A stretch of DNA of 64,000 nucleotides from Candidatus Woesearchaeota archaeon (GTDB lineage Archaea; Nanobdellota; Nanobdellia; Woesearchaeales; UBA10216): contig JACPCV010000006.1 of assembly GCA_016184345.1 (NCBI GenBank), positions 128,065-192,064 on the forward strand, written 5' to 3'. A model generated the notes under the pieces. That model did not search any database, was not told the origin of the DNA, and saw only the letters and a list, made by a program, of their open reading frames with translations. Made by a program: the position numbers and the translations under genes. This document shows, piece after piece, positions 41,531-49,794 of this stretch. Position 1 is the stretch's first letter. Each line of letters begins with the position of its first letter.

Positions 41531-42766
41531 ATGATAAGCACAGATTCTATTCCGTGGAGCAGGAAGTACCAGCCAAAGTCGCTGAAGGACGTGGTTGGGC
41601 AGTCTGAGGCAGTTGAGCAGCTTGTTAAGTTTGTGAGGGATTTTGACGCCAGAAAATCTAAGAAGAAGGCTGCCCTGCTTTACGGGCCTGTCGGCTGCGG
41701 CAAGACATCATCAGTTTATGCTGTTGCAGCAGAGCTGAATCTGGAAGTTCTGGAAACGAACGCGTCTGATTTAAGGAATGCAGAGGGGATAAATTCTGTA
41801 GCCGGTAATGCGAGCAGGCAGATGAGCCTTTTCAGTCGCGGGAAGATTATCCTGATTGATGAGCTTGACGGTCTTGCGGGGAGGGAGGACAGGGGCGGTG
41901 TGGGCGCTGCCCAGAGTGTAATTGAGCAGTCGGCGTTTCCTGTTGTCATGACAGCTAACGACCCTTACGAAAAGAAGTTCTCTCCTTTGAGGAAGGCGTC
42001 TGTGATGGTTGAGTTTAAGGGGTTGAGCGCGGCTCATGTAAGGGGCGCTTTGGCCAGGATTGCTGCTGCAGAGAAGATAATAGCAGATGATGAAGCCCTG
42101 GTAGTTCTTGCAAACAGGTCTGCCGGTGATTTGAGGGGCGCTGTGGTTGATTTGCAGCTGCTGTGTTCCGGTTCAACAAGGCTCACAAAGGACATGGTGG
42201 CTGAGCTTTCCGAGAGGAACAGGGTTGAGGGCATGGAGTCTGCTTTGGTGAGGGTTTTCAAGACAACTGACCCTGCAATCGCTGCAGGGGCGTTTGATAA
42301 GGTTGAGGAGCAGCCTGAGGACTGCTTTGCCTGGATTGACGAGAACCTGCCTGCTGAGTACAAAAAGCCAGAGGAGCTGGCTGCTGCGTATGAAGCATTG
42401 TCAAAGGCAGATGTGTTCCGGGGCAGGATTATGAGCAGGCAGCACTGGCGCCTTCTCAGCTATTTTGTTCAGGTTATGAGCATCGGGACTGCAATCGCGA
42501 AGGGAAAAAAGTACGACACAGTAGCGGATTACAAGCGTCCTGACCGGGGCTTGAAGTTTTTCATTGCCAAGGCAAGGCACCAGAGGAAGCTGGACATTGC
42601 CGAGAAGATAGCAGGCAGGCTTCACTCTCCAAAGTCAGCAGTTCTGGCCGACACTTTGCCGTTCATGAGGCTGATTTTCTCAAAAGAAAAGGATAAGAAT
42701 AAGGTTGAAAAAATGGCAGCCGAGCTCGGCCTTGACGCTGATGAGGTTGAGTGGCTGGCCAGGTAG
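41531..42766 (+). CDS. rfcL: Replication factor C large subunit
   Basis: PWSRKYQPKSLKDVVGQ, Walker A LLYGPVGCGKTS, ILIDELDG (Walker B), GDLRGAV (sensor). 411 aa. Confidence 0.82.
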   Translation: MISTDSIPWSRKYQPKSLKDVVGQSEAVEQLVKFVRDFDARKSKKKAALLYGPVGCGKTSSVYAVAAELNLEVLETNASDLRNAEGINSVAGNASRQMSLFSRGKIILIDELDGLAGREDRGGVGAAQSVIEQSAFPVVMTANDPYEKKFSPLRKASVMVEFKGLSAAHVRGALARIAAAEKIIADDEALVVLANRSAGDLRGAVVDLQLLCSGSTRLTKDMVAELSERNRVEGMESALVRVFKTTDPAIAAGAFDKVEEQPEDCFAWIDENLPAEYKKPEELAAAYEALSKADVFRGRIMSRQHWRLLSYFVQVMSIGTAIAKGKKYDTVADYKRPDRGLKFFIAKARHQRKLDIAEKIAGRLHSPKSAVLADTLPFMRLIFSKEKDKNKVEKMAAELGLDADEVEWLAR

Positions 42767-42779
42767 CGGTATCTTCTGC

Positions 42780-42974
42780 TTATATCTTCTCAACGCCTTC
42801 TGCTTTCTTTCCGCGGTCGCCGTCAACGACCTCAAACTTTACCTTGTCGCCCTGCGCTATCGTGACACCAGGCTTGATGCCGCTTGCGTGGACAAAGTAC
42901 TCGCTCCCGTCGTCTGCCGCGATGAAGCCGAAATGTTTGGCCTCGTTAAAGAATTTTACAGTCCCTTCTACCAT
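42780..42974 (-). CDS. csp: Cold-shock domain protein
   Basis: GTVKFFNEAKHFGFI (RNP1) and EYFVHAS (RNP2). AAGGAGGGGA SD. Confidence 0.9.
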   Translation of the reverse strand: MVEGTVKFFNEAKHFGFIAADDGSEYFVHASGIKPGVTIAQGDKVKFEVVDGDRGKKAEGVEKI

Positions 42975-42977
42975 TTT

Positions 42978-43151
42978 CTAATCCCCTCCTTGGTTGAATT
43001 TTTTGACGCAGGTTATGCAGTAGTTGCCGGAAAAATGCCCTTTTTCCTTGTCAACCACGAACCTTATCTTGCACAGCCTGCATGTCCCTATTACCTTGTA
43101 CAGTATCCTTCTCGGCTTTGCAGCCCTCTTAATAGCTCCGCGTGCTTCCAT
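42978..43151 (-). CDS. Small zinc-ribbon protein (57 aa), hypothetical
   Basis: Below the ORF-track cutoff. Hand translation: MEARGAIKRAAKPRRILYKVIGTCRLCKIRFVVDKEKGHFSGNYCITCVKKFNQGGD (CxxC...CxxC). The stop is 3 nt before the csp start. Confidence 0.45.
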   Translation of the reverse strand: MEARGAIKRAAKPRRILYKVIGTCRLCKIRFVVDKEKGHFSGNYCITCVKKFNQGGD

Positions 43152-43208
43152 TAAAGGGGTGTAGCCTGCCTCTTTTCTTAAAGCTATGTTTTTTGGGGTG
43201 TTTTTTGC

Positions 43209-44135
43209 CTAATTTAGCACTTTTTCCAGCAATTCGGCTGCGGTAACAGCCAGCTTTTGTTTCCCACTGCCAAAAGCCCTGTTGGTAAGGCCGTAGAGGT
43301 GGATTCCGATGACTTTTAATTCACTTCCTGCATTGTTCACTGCCGCTGCTGTTTTCATTGATGCTTGGAGGTTTTCCCTGGCCAGCCTTACGGTTGCTGC
43401 GTAAGCTGCCCTGCCGCTTTTTTTCTCGGCAGCTGCCAGTTGGGCAATGAATCCTGAATCGGTTATTAATCCTGGCTTTTCCCTCACGATAGCCCTGCAT
43501 GTGGCTGCTGAGAAGGGGATAAGGACTCCAATCCTTACCTCGCATTTTATTTTCAGCAGCGGCTTTAATGTTGTAGCCAGCTCTTTCCAGTTGCTTCTGA
43601 ACACCGGCTGCGTGCAGAATAGCGTTGCCCCTGCTGCTGCTTTCCTGGCAATCCTTTCAGCTTCGTTCTTTCTCGTGAATACAACGGCAGCTGCCACTTT
43701 GAACCTTTTTTTGTCAATGCTGCAGATGAGGTTAAAGATGCTGATGTCAGAGCCGGATGCCTTGTCACCGGTTACTGCCAGTATTGTCTTCACGCCTTTT
43801 ATTCTGGCTACTGCAGCAATTGCTTCGTTCGCAGCAGCGATTGTCTTGATATTCCTGCAGACCTGCGTGTAAACCAGGTTTGCAGAGTATTTTGAGAGCT
43901 GCCGGGCTGCTGCGATAGTGTTAATCTTTGCTGCATGGTAATTTGGGATGCAGTAGGATGAAGCTGCCGTTTTAGTCTGCCGGATTGCTGCTATTGCTGC
44001 AGCTATGTCCTGTTTCTCCCTTAACGGAAGCTCAACAGACACTGACAGATGGTTTCTCCCCTGATTCAACATTGCAGTTGCAGAGAATAACTGGCAATTT
44101 ATAGCTTTCTGAATTGGGCTAAGCTGGAACTGCAA
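43209..44135 (-). CDS. Methylenetetrahydrofolate reductase (MetF)-like TIM-barrel protein, divergent paralogue 2
   Basis: SVELPL..., KTILAVTGD, FCTQPVF resemble MTHFR strand-end motifs. Overlaps the upstream paralogue by 17 nt. Confidence 0.45.
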   Translation of the reverse strand: MQFQLSPIQKAINCQLFSATAMLNQGRNHLSVSVELPLREKQDIAAAIAAIRQTKTAASSYCIPNYHAAKINTIAAARQLSKYSANLVYTQVCRNIKTIAAANEAIAAVARIKGVKTILAVTGDKASGSDISIFNLICSIDKKRFKVAAAVVFTRKNEAERIARKAAAGATLFCTQPVFRSNWKELATTLKPLLKIKCEVRIGVLIPFSAATCRAIVREKPGLITDSGFIAQLAAAEKKSGRAAYAATVRLARENLQASMKTAAAVNNAGSELKVIGIHLYGLTNRAFGSGKQKLAVTAAELLEKVLN

Positions 44136-45057
44136 TCGTGAGAGGGTCTGCCTTTGCTGAATCCAGAAGGTTACGGTAGTTTTGCACTATTTTGTCAGCA
44201 ACCGGAACATCTGCTGAGTTCATAAGCACAAAGTTCGTGATGCCGCGCTGCAGGTGCAGGCATGCCATTGATTTTGACACCTGCTCATGCTGTGGAATGC
44301 CTTGGGCATAAGCGGCAACAACGTCTGCAGGAACAGTTATCTTCACTCCGCTCTGCCTGTTTAGCAGCTTTCCTTCCTTATCTCCCTTGAGCACGCCGTA
44401 AGCAACTGGCAGCGAAGCGAGGCCGTGCTCGCGCAGGTTTTTTTGCGCCTGCCCAACTTTTGGCCCTTCTGCATAGGAAACCGGCTGTGTTTGCAGGAAA
44501 GAGATTTCGTATTCAGAGAGGAGCCTGGTTAGTGTTGTTTTTGGGAACTGCTCCCTGTGGGGGTCAAAGGATGCGCCAAGGTAAAGCGTGCTGCCTCCTG
44601 CCGTATTCCTGACTGCCTCTGCAAGGCCTAACGTGCTGGTAATTTCCCGCTTGTATGGTGTGCCATCAGCATTCATGTGCTGGTCTCCTGGCACTAGCAG
44701 GAAGTGGGAGTATCCCTCGCTAAGGGCAGCATCAACAATGCCTTCAACTTCAGCTTGGGTGTGGTTGCAGCTCAGGTTCAGGATTACATGGCTTTTATCA
44801 TCAGGTGAAAGGCTGCTCATCCTGTTAAGCAGGCCTGCCACAGCCATGCCTGGCTGGCCCATGTGCCCGTCTGAAAGATTGGCGTACCAGCGGCGCCCTG
44901 TGGCAAACGCCTGCAACCTCTCCTCAAGCTCGCCCAGCTTTCTGTCAGCAGTTTCTGCGCTGTCCGAGGCAAGCGGTGGATTGAGCTCTACGGTAATGAC
45001 CCGGCCCTGTTTAAGGGCGTCAGGGTATGCGCTGCCGGTGCCGCCTGCCAGTCCCAT
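44119..45057 (-). CDS. Methylenetetrahydrofolate reductase (MetF)-like TIM-barrel protein, paralogue 1
   Basis: VITVELNPP, SHFLLVPGD, LGASFDP, FLQTQPV resemble MTHFR motifs. Confidence 0.5.
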   Translation of the reverse strand: MGLAGGTGSAYPDALKQGRVITVELNPPLASDSAETADRKLGELEERLQAFATGRRWYANLSDGHMGQPGMAVAGLLNRMSSLSPDDKSHVILNLSCNHTQAEVEGIVDAALSEGYSHFLLVPGDQHMNADGTPYKREITSTLGLAEAVRNTAGGSTLYLGASFDPHREQFPKTTLTRLLSEYEISFLQTQPVSYAEGPKVGQAQKNLREHGLASLPVAYGVLKGDKEGKLLNRQSGVKITVPADVVAAYAQGIPQHEQVSKSMACLHLQRGITNFVLMNSADVPVADKIVQNYRNLLDSAKADPLTIAVPA

Positions 45058-45125
45058 GGCATTACAGTGTGTAAGCTAATTAAAAAACATAATGTTTAAA
45101 AATAAACAAATTTTTGATTTTGTGT

Positions 45126-45788
45126 ATGGAAAAGAACCCGGTTAACAGTGCAACTACTGCCCAGCTCGTTAAGGGGCATTTGCAGACTAACGTGTTTCTG
45201 CTGGACTACCTGTCAAGGGACCTTATTAACATAGCCAGCCTTGCAAGGGAGATACTCCCTGACATTCAAAAGCAGAACCCCAAGGCAACGCTTGAATCAG
45301 TATCCATTGCAGTTAAGCGGAACTTTGGCGCTTGGAAGCCGCAAATCACGAGGCAGCTGCAGCGCATACTTTCAAATGTGCAGATTGCCATGCGCACTGA
45401 CCTTGTGCTTTTCTGCCTGCCTAAGACAGCAAAGCTTCCAGACATAAAGGAGTTCCAGTCTGATGACGTGTTTTTCATCAACCAGGGCTACAACGAGGTT
45501 ACCGTGATTATAGACAAGAGGAATTCCAATCTTGTAAGGGGGCCTGTGCTCCTGCAGCAGAAGAATCTCGCGCTTATCTCCCTGAAGGACACGCTGATTA
45601 ACGAGAAGCAGAACTTTAGGGTTACGCCCGGCTTTGTCAGTGCCTTTCTGGGCAACATCAGCATGGCTGGCATAAACATCAGCGACATTGTGTCAACGTA
45701 CAGCCAGGTTACGTTTGTTGTGGAGCAGAAATACCTGCTAAACGTCTACCAGATATGCCAGGACGTTGTTAATCTGAAGCACCTGTAA
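45126..45788 (+). CDS. Hypothetical protein with C-terminal ACT-like domain
   Basis: LISLKDTLINEKQNFRVTPGFVSAFLGNISMAGINISDIVSTYSQVTFVVEQ resembles ACT_7-type domains. ATG at 45126 is preferred. Confidence 0.4.
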   Translation: MEKNPVNSATTAQLVKGHLQTNVFLLDYLSRDLINIASLAREILPDIQKQNPKATLESVSIAVKRNFGAWKPQITRQLQRILSNVQIAMRTDLVLFCLPKTAKLPDIKEFQSDDVFFINQGYNEVTVIIDKRNSNLVRGPVLLQQKNLALISLKDTLINEKQNFRVTPGFVSAFLGNISMAGINISDIVSTYSQVTFVVEQKYLLNVYQICQDVVNLKHL

Positions 45789-45829
45789 TGCCAAAACATT
45801 TAAAACTAAAGTGAGAACCTGTGAGGCCT

Positions 45830-47347
45830 ATGATTACGATTGAAGAGCTTGCCACTTTCTGCAAGAGGAAGGGCTTTGTTTACCCAAATTCCGAAATCTA
45901 TGGCGGCTTGTCTGGCTTCTTTGATTACGGGCCGTTGGGTGTTGAGCTTAAGAACAGCATCAAGCAGGAGTGGTGGAAATCCCATGTCCGGTCAAGGGCT
46001 GATGTTGTCGGCATTGACGGCAGCATTATCACTCATCCAAAGGTGTGGGAGGCGTCAGGCCACGTTGCAAACTTCACGGATATTATGGCAAAGTGCGGCA
46101 AATGCGGCAGCAGCGCAAGGGCAGACCACATCGTTGAGGAAAAAGCAAATGTTGCAACAGCAGGCATGAATGCACAGCAGCTGCAGGAGCTTATTGGGAA
46201 GCACAAGATTAAGTGCCAGCGCTGCGGCAGCGATGCTCTTAAGGTTGCCCAGCCGTTCAACCTCATGTTCAAGACAGCAGTCGGGCCGAGCGAGGGCAAG
46301 GAAGCGGTTGCTTACCTGAGGCCTGAGACTGCCCAGCTCATCTTCGCTGACTTCAAGCTTGCACAGGAAAATGCCAGGATGAAGCTTCCTTTTGGCATTG
46401 CCCAGGTTGGGAAGGCATTCAGGAATGAGATTGCGCCCAGGGATTTTCTTTTCCGCTGCCGCGAGTTTGAGCAGATGGAGATAGAATACTTCGTCCACCC
46501 CGGCAAGATAGGACAGTGCCCTTACGTTGACGAGTTCCTGAGCCACGAGTTGAATGTCCTGACAAGCGACATGCAGCTAAAGGAGCAGCCGCACAAAAAA
46601 ATGAATGTGAAGGATATGCTTGACAAGAAGCTCATACTTCCCTGGCATGCTTACTGGCTTGCGTTTGAGCACCAGTGGTTTGTTGAACTTGGCGCAAAAG
46701 CCGGCAACATCAGGATAAGGCAGCACGTGAAGGAAGAGAAGAGCCATTATGCTACTGACACCTGGGACCTTGAGTATAACTTTCCGTTTGGCTGGAAGGA
46801 GCTTGAGGGCATAGCCAATCGCTCGGATTATGACCTGCAGCAGCACATCAAGGCCTCAGGGAAGGATTTGAGTTACTTTGATTCTGAAACAAACACAAAA
46901 GTTGTTCCCCATGTTGTTGCAGAGCCAAGCTTGGGAGTTGACCGCACCTTCCTCGTTTTCCTTTTTGATGCTTACGAGCATGACAAGAAAAGGGACAACA
47001 TAGTGCTGCACCTCAACCCGAAGCTTTCGCCTATTAAGGCTGCCGTGTTCCCGCTTTTGTCCAACAAAGAGGAGTTGGTTGCGGCCGCGAGGAAAATCTA
47101 CGACGAATTGAGACAGGAGTTCAGCTGCTCCTATGACGAGAACGGCAGCATCGGGAGGAGGTATGCAAGGATGGACGAATCAGGAACTCCTTACTGCATC
47201 ACAGTTGACTTTGACTCCCTTACTAAACATGACGTTACAGTCAGGGACAGGGACAGCACAAAGCAGGCAAGGGTTAAGATGAAAGATTTGGCGAATGTGT
47301 TGAATCAGCTGCTTTCTGGAAAAATAGATTTTGGGAACCTGCACTGA
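45830..47347 (+). CDS. glyS: Glycine--tRNA ligase (archaeal/eukaryotic alpha2 type)
   Basis: KRKGFVYPNSEIYGGLSGFFDYGPLG, FNLMFKT, YLRPETAQ, FRNEIAPR, EPSLGVDR, RRYARMDE.GTPYCITVD. Confidence 0.92.
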   Translation: MITIEELATFCKRKGFVYPNSEIYGGLSGFFDYGPLGVELKNSIKQEWWKSHVRSRADVVGIDGSIITHPKVWEASGHVANFTDIMAKCGKCGSSARADHIVEEKANVATAGMNAQQLQELIGKHKIKCQRCGSDALKVAQPFNLMFKTAVGPSEGKEAVAYLRPETAQLIFADFKLAQENARMKLPFGIAQVGKAFRNEIAPRDFLFRCREFEQMEIEYFVHPGKIGQCPYVDEFLSHELNVLTSDMQLKEQPHKKMNVKDMLDKKLILPWHAYWLAFEHQWFVELGAKAGNIRIRQHVKEEKSHYATDTWDLEYNFPFGWKELEGIANRSDYDLQQHIKASGKDLSYFDSETNTKVVPHVVAEPSLGVDRTFLVFLFDAYEHDKKRDNIVLHLNPKLSPIKAAVFPLLSNKEELVAAARKIYDELRQEFSCSYDENGSIGRRYARMDESGTPYCITVDFDSLTKHDVTVRDRDSTKQARVKMKDLANVLNQLLSGKIDFGNLH

Positions 47348-47506
47348 CTTTCGACAAACTTTAAATAGTTAAGAAAAAATTAAAACTGTTATGGTTGTTA
47401 GGGAACGTGCCAAGAACTTATCAGCTATTGTTCGGCAACTTAGGGGTCCTTCTGCAGCCACTAGAAGACTGCCTTACCTTGAAGCCCAGCTTCTTACTCT
47501 ATCGAA

Positions 47507-48145
47507 ATGGAAGGAGGTAAGAGCATTGACTTGGCAGTCACCGGTAACCTCCAAGGGAAAATTGTGACGCCTGTCGGGTTAGCAGGATTGACTGCGAGTT
47601 TGACCTATGACTCGTTAAACCCCGAGGTGTACCTTTTTGTTCTTACATCCAGTCACAGACTAAAACCATTAGCGGGATTGTGGCTGGGTGATAACAATCC
47701 ACAACGACTATCCACTTATGAGCGCAACTTAGGAGTACGTTTAAAAGCTAGCTTCCAAATCTTTCCGAAAAATCCGAACAGCATTCCCGGTTGGGGGATT
47801 TTTCGAGGTGAAGCGCCAACTTTTTCTGGTCCTGATGTTTCAAACTGGACATATCATAGTAGAATTCATAGTTTGGACTATATCGAACGCCTTCCGCATG
47901 TAGAGCCGGAAATGCTTCAGCTGCACAGGCTTGCAGGTCCTGATTTCAGCTACGCCGTTCGGCTTCCATATGACGAGCCTCCAGCAGAGCATCATCTGGT
48001 TTTCCAGACAGGCGGGCTGTCGAAAGTTGAAATTTTCAGGCGCAGCGTAGACGCGCTCTGCAGAATGATTGACTATTATGAAGGCAAAGTCGACAAGCCC
48101 GTAATAGGGCAAGTTGCTGCCACCCCAACTTTGCCACGTCAGTAA
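47507..48145 (+). CDS. Hypothetical protein (212 aa)
   Basis: Clean ORF with no motif recognised. An upstream 58-codon ORF (47392-47568) overlaps it in another frame. Confidence 0.4.
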   Translation: MEGGKSIDLAVTGNLQGKIVTPVGLAGLTASLTYDSLNPEVYLFVLTSSHRLKPLAGLWLGDNNPQRLSTYERNLGVRLKASFQIFPKNPNSIPGWGIFRGEAPTFSGPDVSNWTYHSRIHSLDYIERLPHVEPEMLQLHRLAGPDFSYAVRLPYDEPPAEHHLVFQTGGLSKVEIFRRSVDALCRMIDYYEGKVDKPVIGQVAATPTLPRQ

Positions 48146-48211
48146 CCGGCAGCAGAAAGGGCGCAAACAAAAGCAGGTTTATGGCAATCAAATAGCTTTA
48201 ATTTCTATACC

Positions 48212-48219
48212 TTTAAATA
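48212..48219 (+). promoter_or_regulatory. TATA-like box TTTAAATA upstream of tRNA-Pro
   Basis: Located about 40 nt upstream of tRNA position 1, the usual archaeal spacing to a TSS just before the tRNA. Confidence 0.4.
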
Positions 48220-48258
48220 TTCTCAGCATATCCGTTTTTCGATTGACCCAAGGGTCAC

Positions 48259-48332
48259 GGGGCTGTAGTGCAACTTGGTTAACACCCGGCGTTCGGAACG
48301 CCGTAATCGGGGTTCAAATCCTCGCAGCCCCA
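48259..48332 (+). tRNA. tRNA-Pro (anticodon CGG)
   Basis: Hand-folded cloverleaf. Acceptor GGGGCUG/CAGCCCC, anticodon stem CGGCG/CGCCG with loop UUCGGAA, T arm CGGGG-UUCAAAU-CCUCG, discriminator A. No encoded CCA. Confidence 0.85.
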
Positions 48333-48341
48333 TTAATCTTC

Positions 48342-49412
48342 TTACGGAACAAGGACTATTTTGCCAAAGCTTTCCCTCGACAGTAGCCGCTCCTGTGCCT
48401 TTCTGGCGTCTTTGAGGCGGTAGACTGAGTCAATGACTGGCTTTATCTCCCCTTCTGCAGCCAGCTTGTTCACGGCAAGGAAATCTTTTAGTGTACCGCC
48501 AATTGAGCCGAGGATTGAGCGCTGCGCCATGAAAAGCTCTCTTATGTTTATGGTAGCTTCGCTGCCTGCCGTTACCCCGCAGCTTACCAGCCTGCCGTTC
48601 TTTGCAAGGCACCTTATGCTTTTTGCGAACGTCTCAGCTCCTACAGGGTCAATGACTACGTCAACGCCCCTGTTTTTTGTGGCCAGCATTACCTCATCTG
48701 TCCAGTTGTCTTCTGTGTAGTTTATTGTCCGCTCGGCGCCGATGCGCTGCGCTTTCCTGAGCTTTTCCTCGGTTGACGAAGTTGCGATTACCTTTGCCCC
48801 GAGGAACGACGCTATCTGGATTGCTGCTGCTCCAACCCCGGCTCCTGCGCCCAGCACAAGGACTGTTTCTCCGGGCTGCGCTTTTGCCCTGTCAATGAGC
48901 ATGTGGTAGGCTGTCGTGAACGTCAGGGGAAGGGCTGCCGCCTCCTCAAACTTTAGCCTGCCCGGTATTCCCAGCAGGTTCTTCACAGGGACAGCTATGT
49001 ATTCTGCGTAGCTTCCGTCCACATGTGCGCCCAGGGTGTGGTAGCTTGTGCACAGGTTGTGGCTACCCTCTATGCAGTATTTGCAGTGGAAGCATGCAAG
49101 GGTGGGGTAAACCATGACTTTCCTGCCAACAAGTGAGGAGTCGCTGTCTTTTACCTCTTCAACTACTCCTGCTGCGTCGCTTCCCGGGATGTGCGGCAGG
49201 CCTGCCTTGTAGTAGCTGCCTTTTTGCACCCAGAAGTCAATGTGATTTATGGAGGCTGCTTTTACCTTTACAAGCGCCTCGCCAATGTTGAGAGCCGGCT
49301 TTGGCGCTTCCTCGTAACTAAGGACTTCAGGGCCGCCGTATTCGTGAAAGCGTACTGCCTTCATTGTTGCGGCTATAGCTTCTTGTTTTGTTTCTGCAGC
49401 TTCCTCTCCCAT
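48342..49412 (-). CDS. Zinc-type alcohol dehydrogenase / quinone oxidoreductase family (MDR superfamily)
   Basis: MKAVRFHEYGGPEVL, GSDAAGVV, NAD-binding VLVLGAGAGVGAAAIQIA, and GKIVL at the C-terminus. An AT-rich box lies about 25 nt upstream of 49412. Confidence 0.8.
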   Translation of the reverse strand: MGEEAAETKQEAIAATMKAVRFHEYGGPEVLSYEEAPKPALNIGEALVKVKAASINHIDFWVQKGSYYKAGLPHIPGSDAAGVVEEVKDSDSSLVGRKVMVYPTLACFHCKYCIEGSHNLCTSYHTLGAHVDGSYAEYIAVPVKNLLGIPGRLKFEEAAALPLTFTTAYHMLIDRAKAQPGETVLVLGAGAGVGAAAIQIASFLGAKVIATSSTEEKLRKAQRIGAERTINYTEDNWTDEVMLATKNRGVDVVIDPVGAETFAKSIRCLAKNGRLVSCGVTAGSEATINIRELFMAQRSILGSIGGTLKDFLAVNKLAAEGEIKPVIDSVYRLKDARKAQERLLSRESFGKIVLVP

Positions 49413-49530
49413 TCAGCGGGGTTAATGCAGCTTTGTTTTTATATTTTCGCAAGGACTGGCAGAATTTACGTTAAATTTAAGAAGCCTCTACAATTAGTTT
49501 TTGGATCAACCCTTTTCGCAAAAGGGTTGC

Positions 49531-49616
49531 GCGGGGGTAGCAAAGCCTGGTCAAATGCGCAAGCTTCAGGAGCTTGTCCCTTAGTGGGTTCACGTGTTCG
49601 AATCACGTCCTCCGCA
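49531..49616 (+). tRNA. tRNA-Leu (anticodon CAG), long variable arm
   Basis: Acceptor GCGGGGG/CCUCCGC, anticodon stem CAAGC/GCUUG with loop UUCAGGA, about 15-nt variable arm, T arm ACGUG-UUCGAAU-CACGU, discriminator A. Confidence 0.85.
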
Positions 49617-49794
49617 CTTAATCAACAACCCAACCACAGCAAGCTGTGGGGTATGATAATAGTTGGGTTCAAAGGAACCATAAGGTTCCTTGTGCTCAGA
49701 ACCGCAAGGTTCTGACAGGGGTAAGGACCCAGTGAAGAAATCTAACGGAAAAGTATTAAAAGCAGTTGCTGCTGTGGCAGTGCTGTTAGTTAAA

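Noticed and set aside
46082-46260. CxxC...CxxC zinc-ribbon segment inside GlyRS (KCGKCGSS...KCQRCGSD) as a novel insertion.
   Set aside because: As I recall, archaeal alpha2-type GlyRS commonly carry a Cys-containing insertion before the FNLMFKT motif. It is not unusual enough to report.
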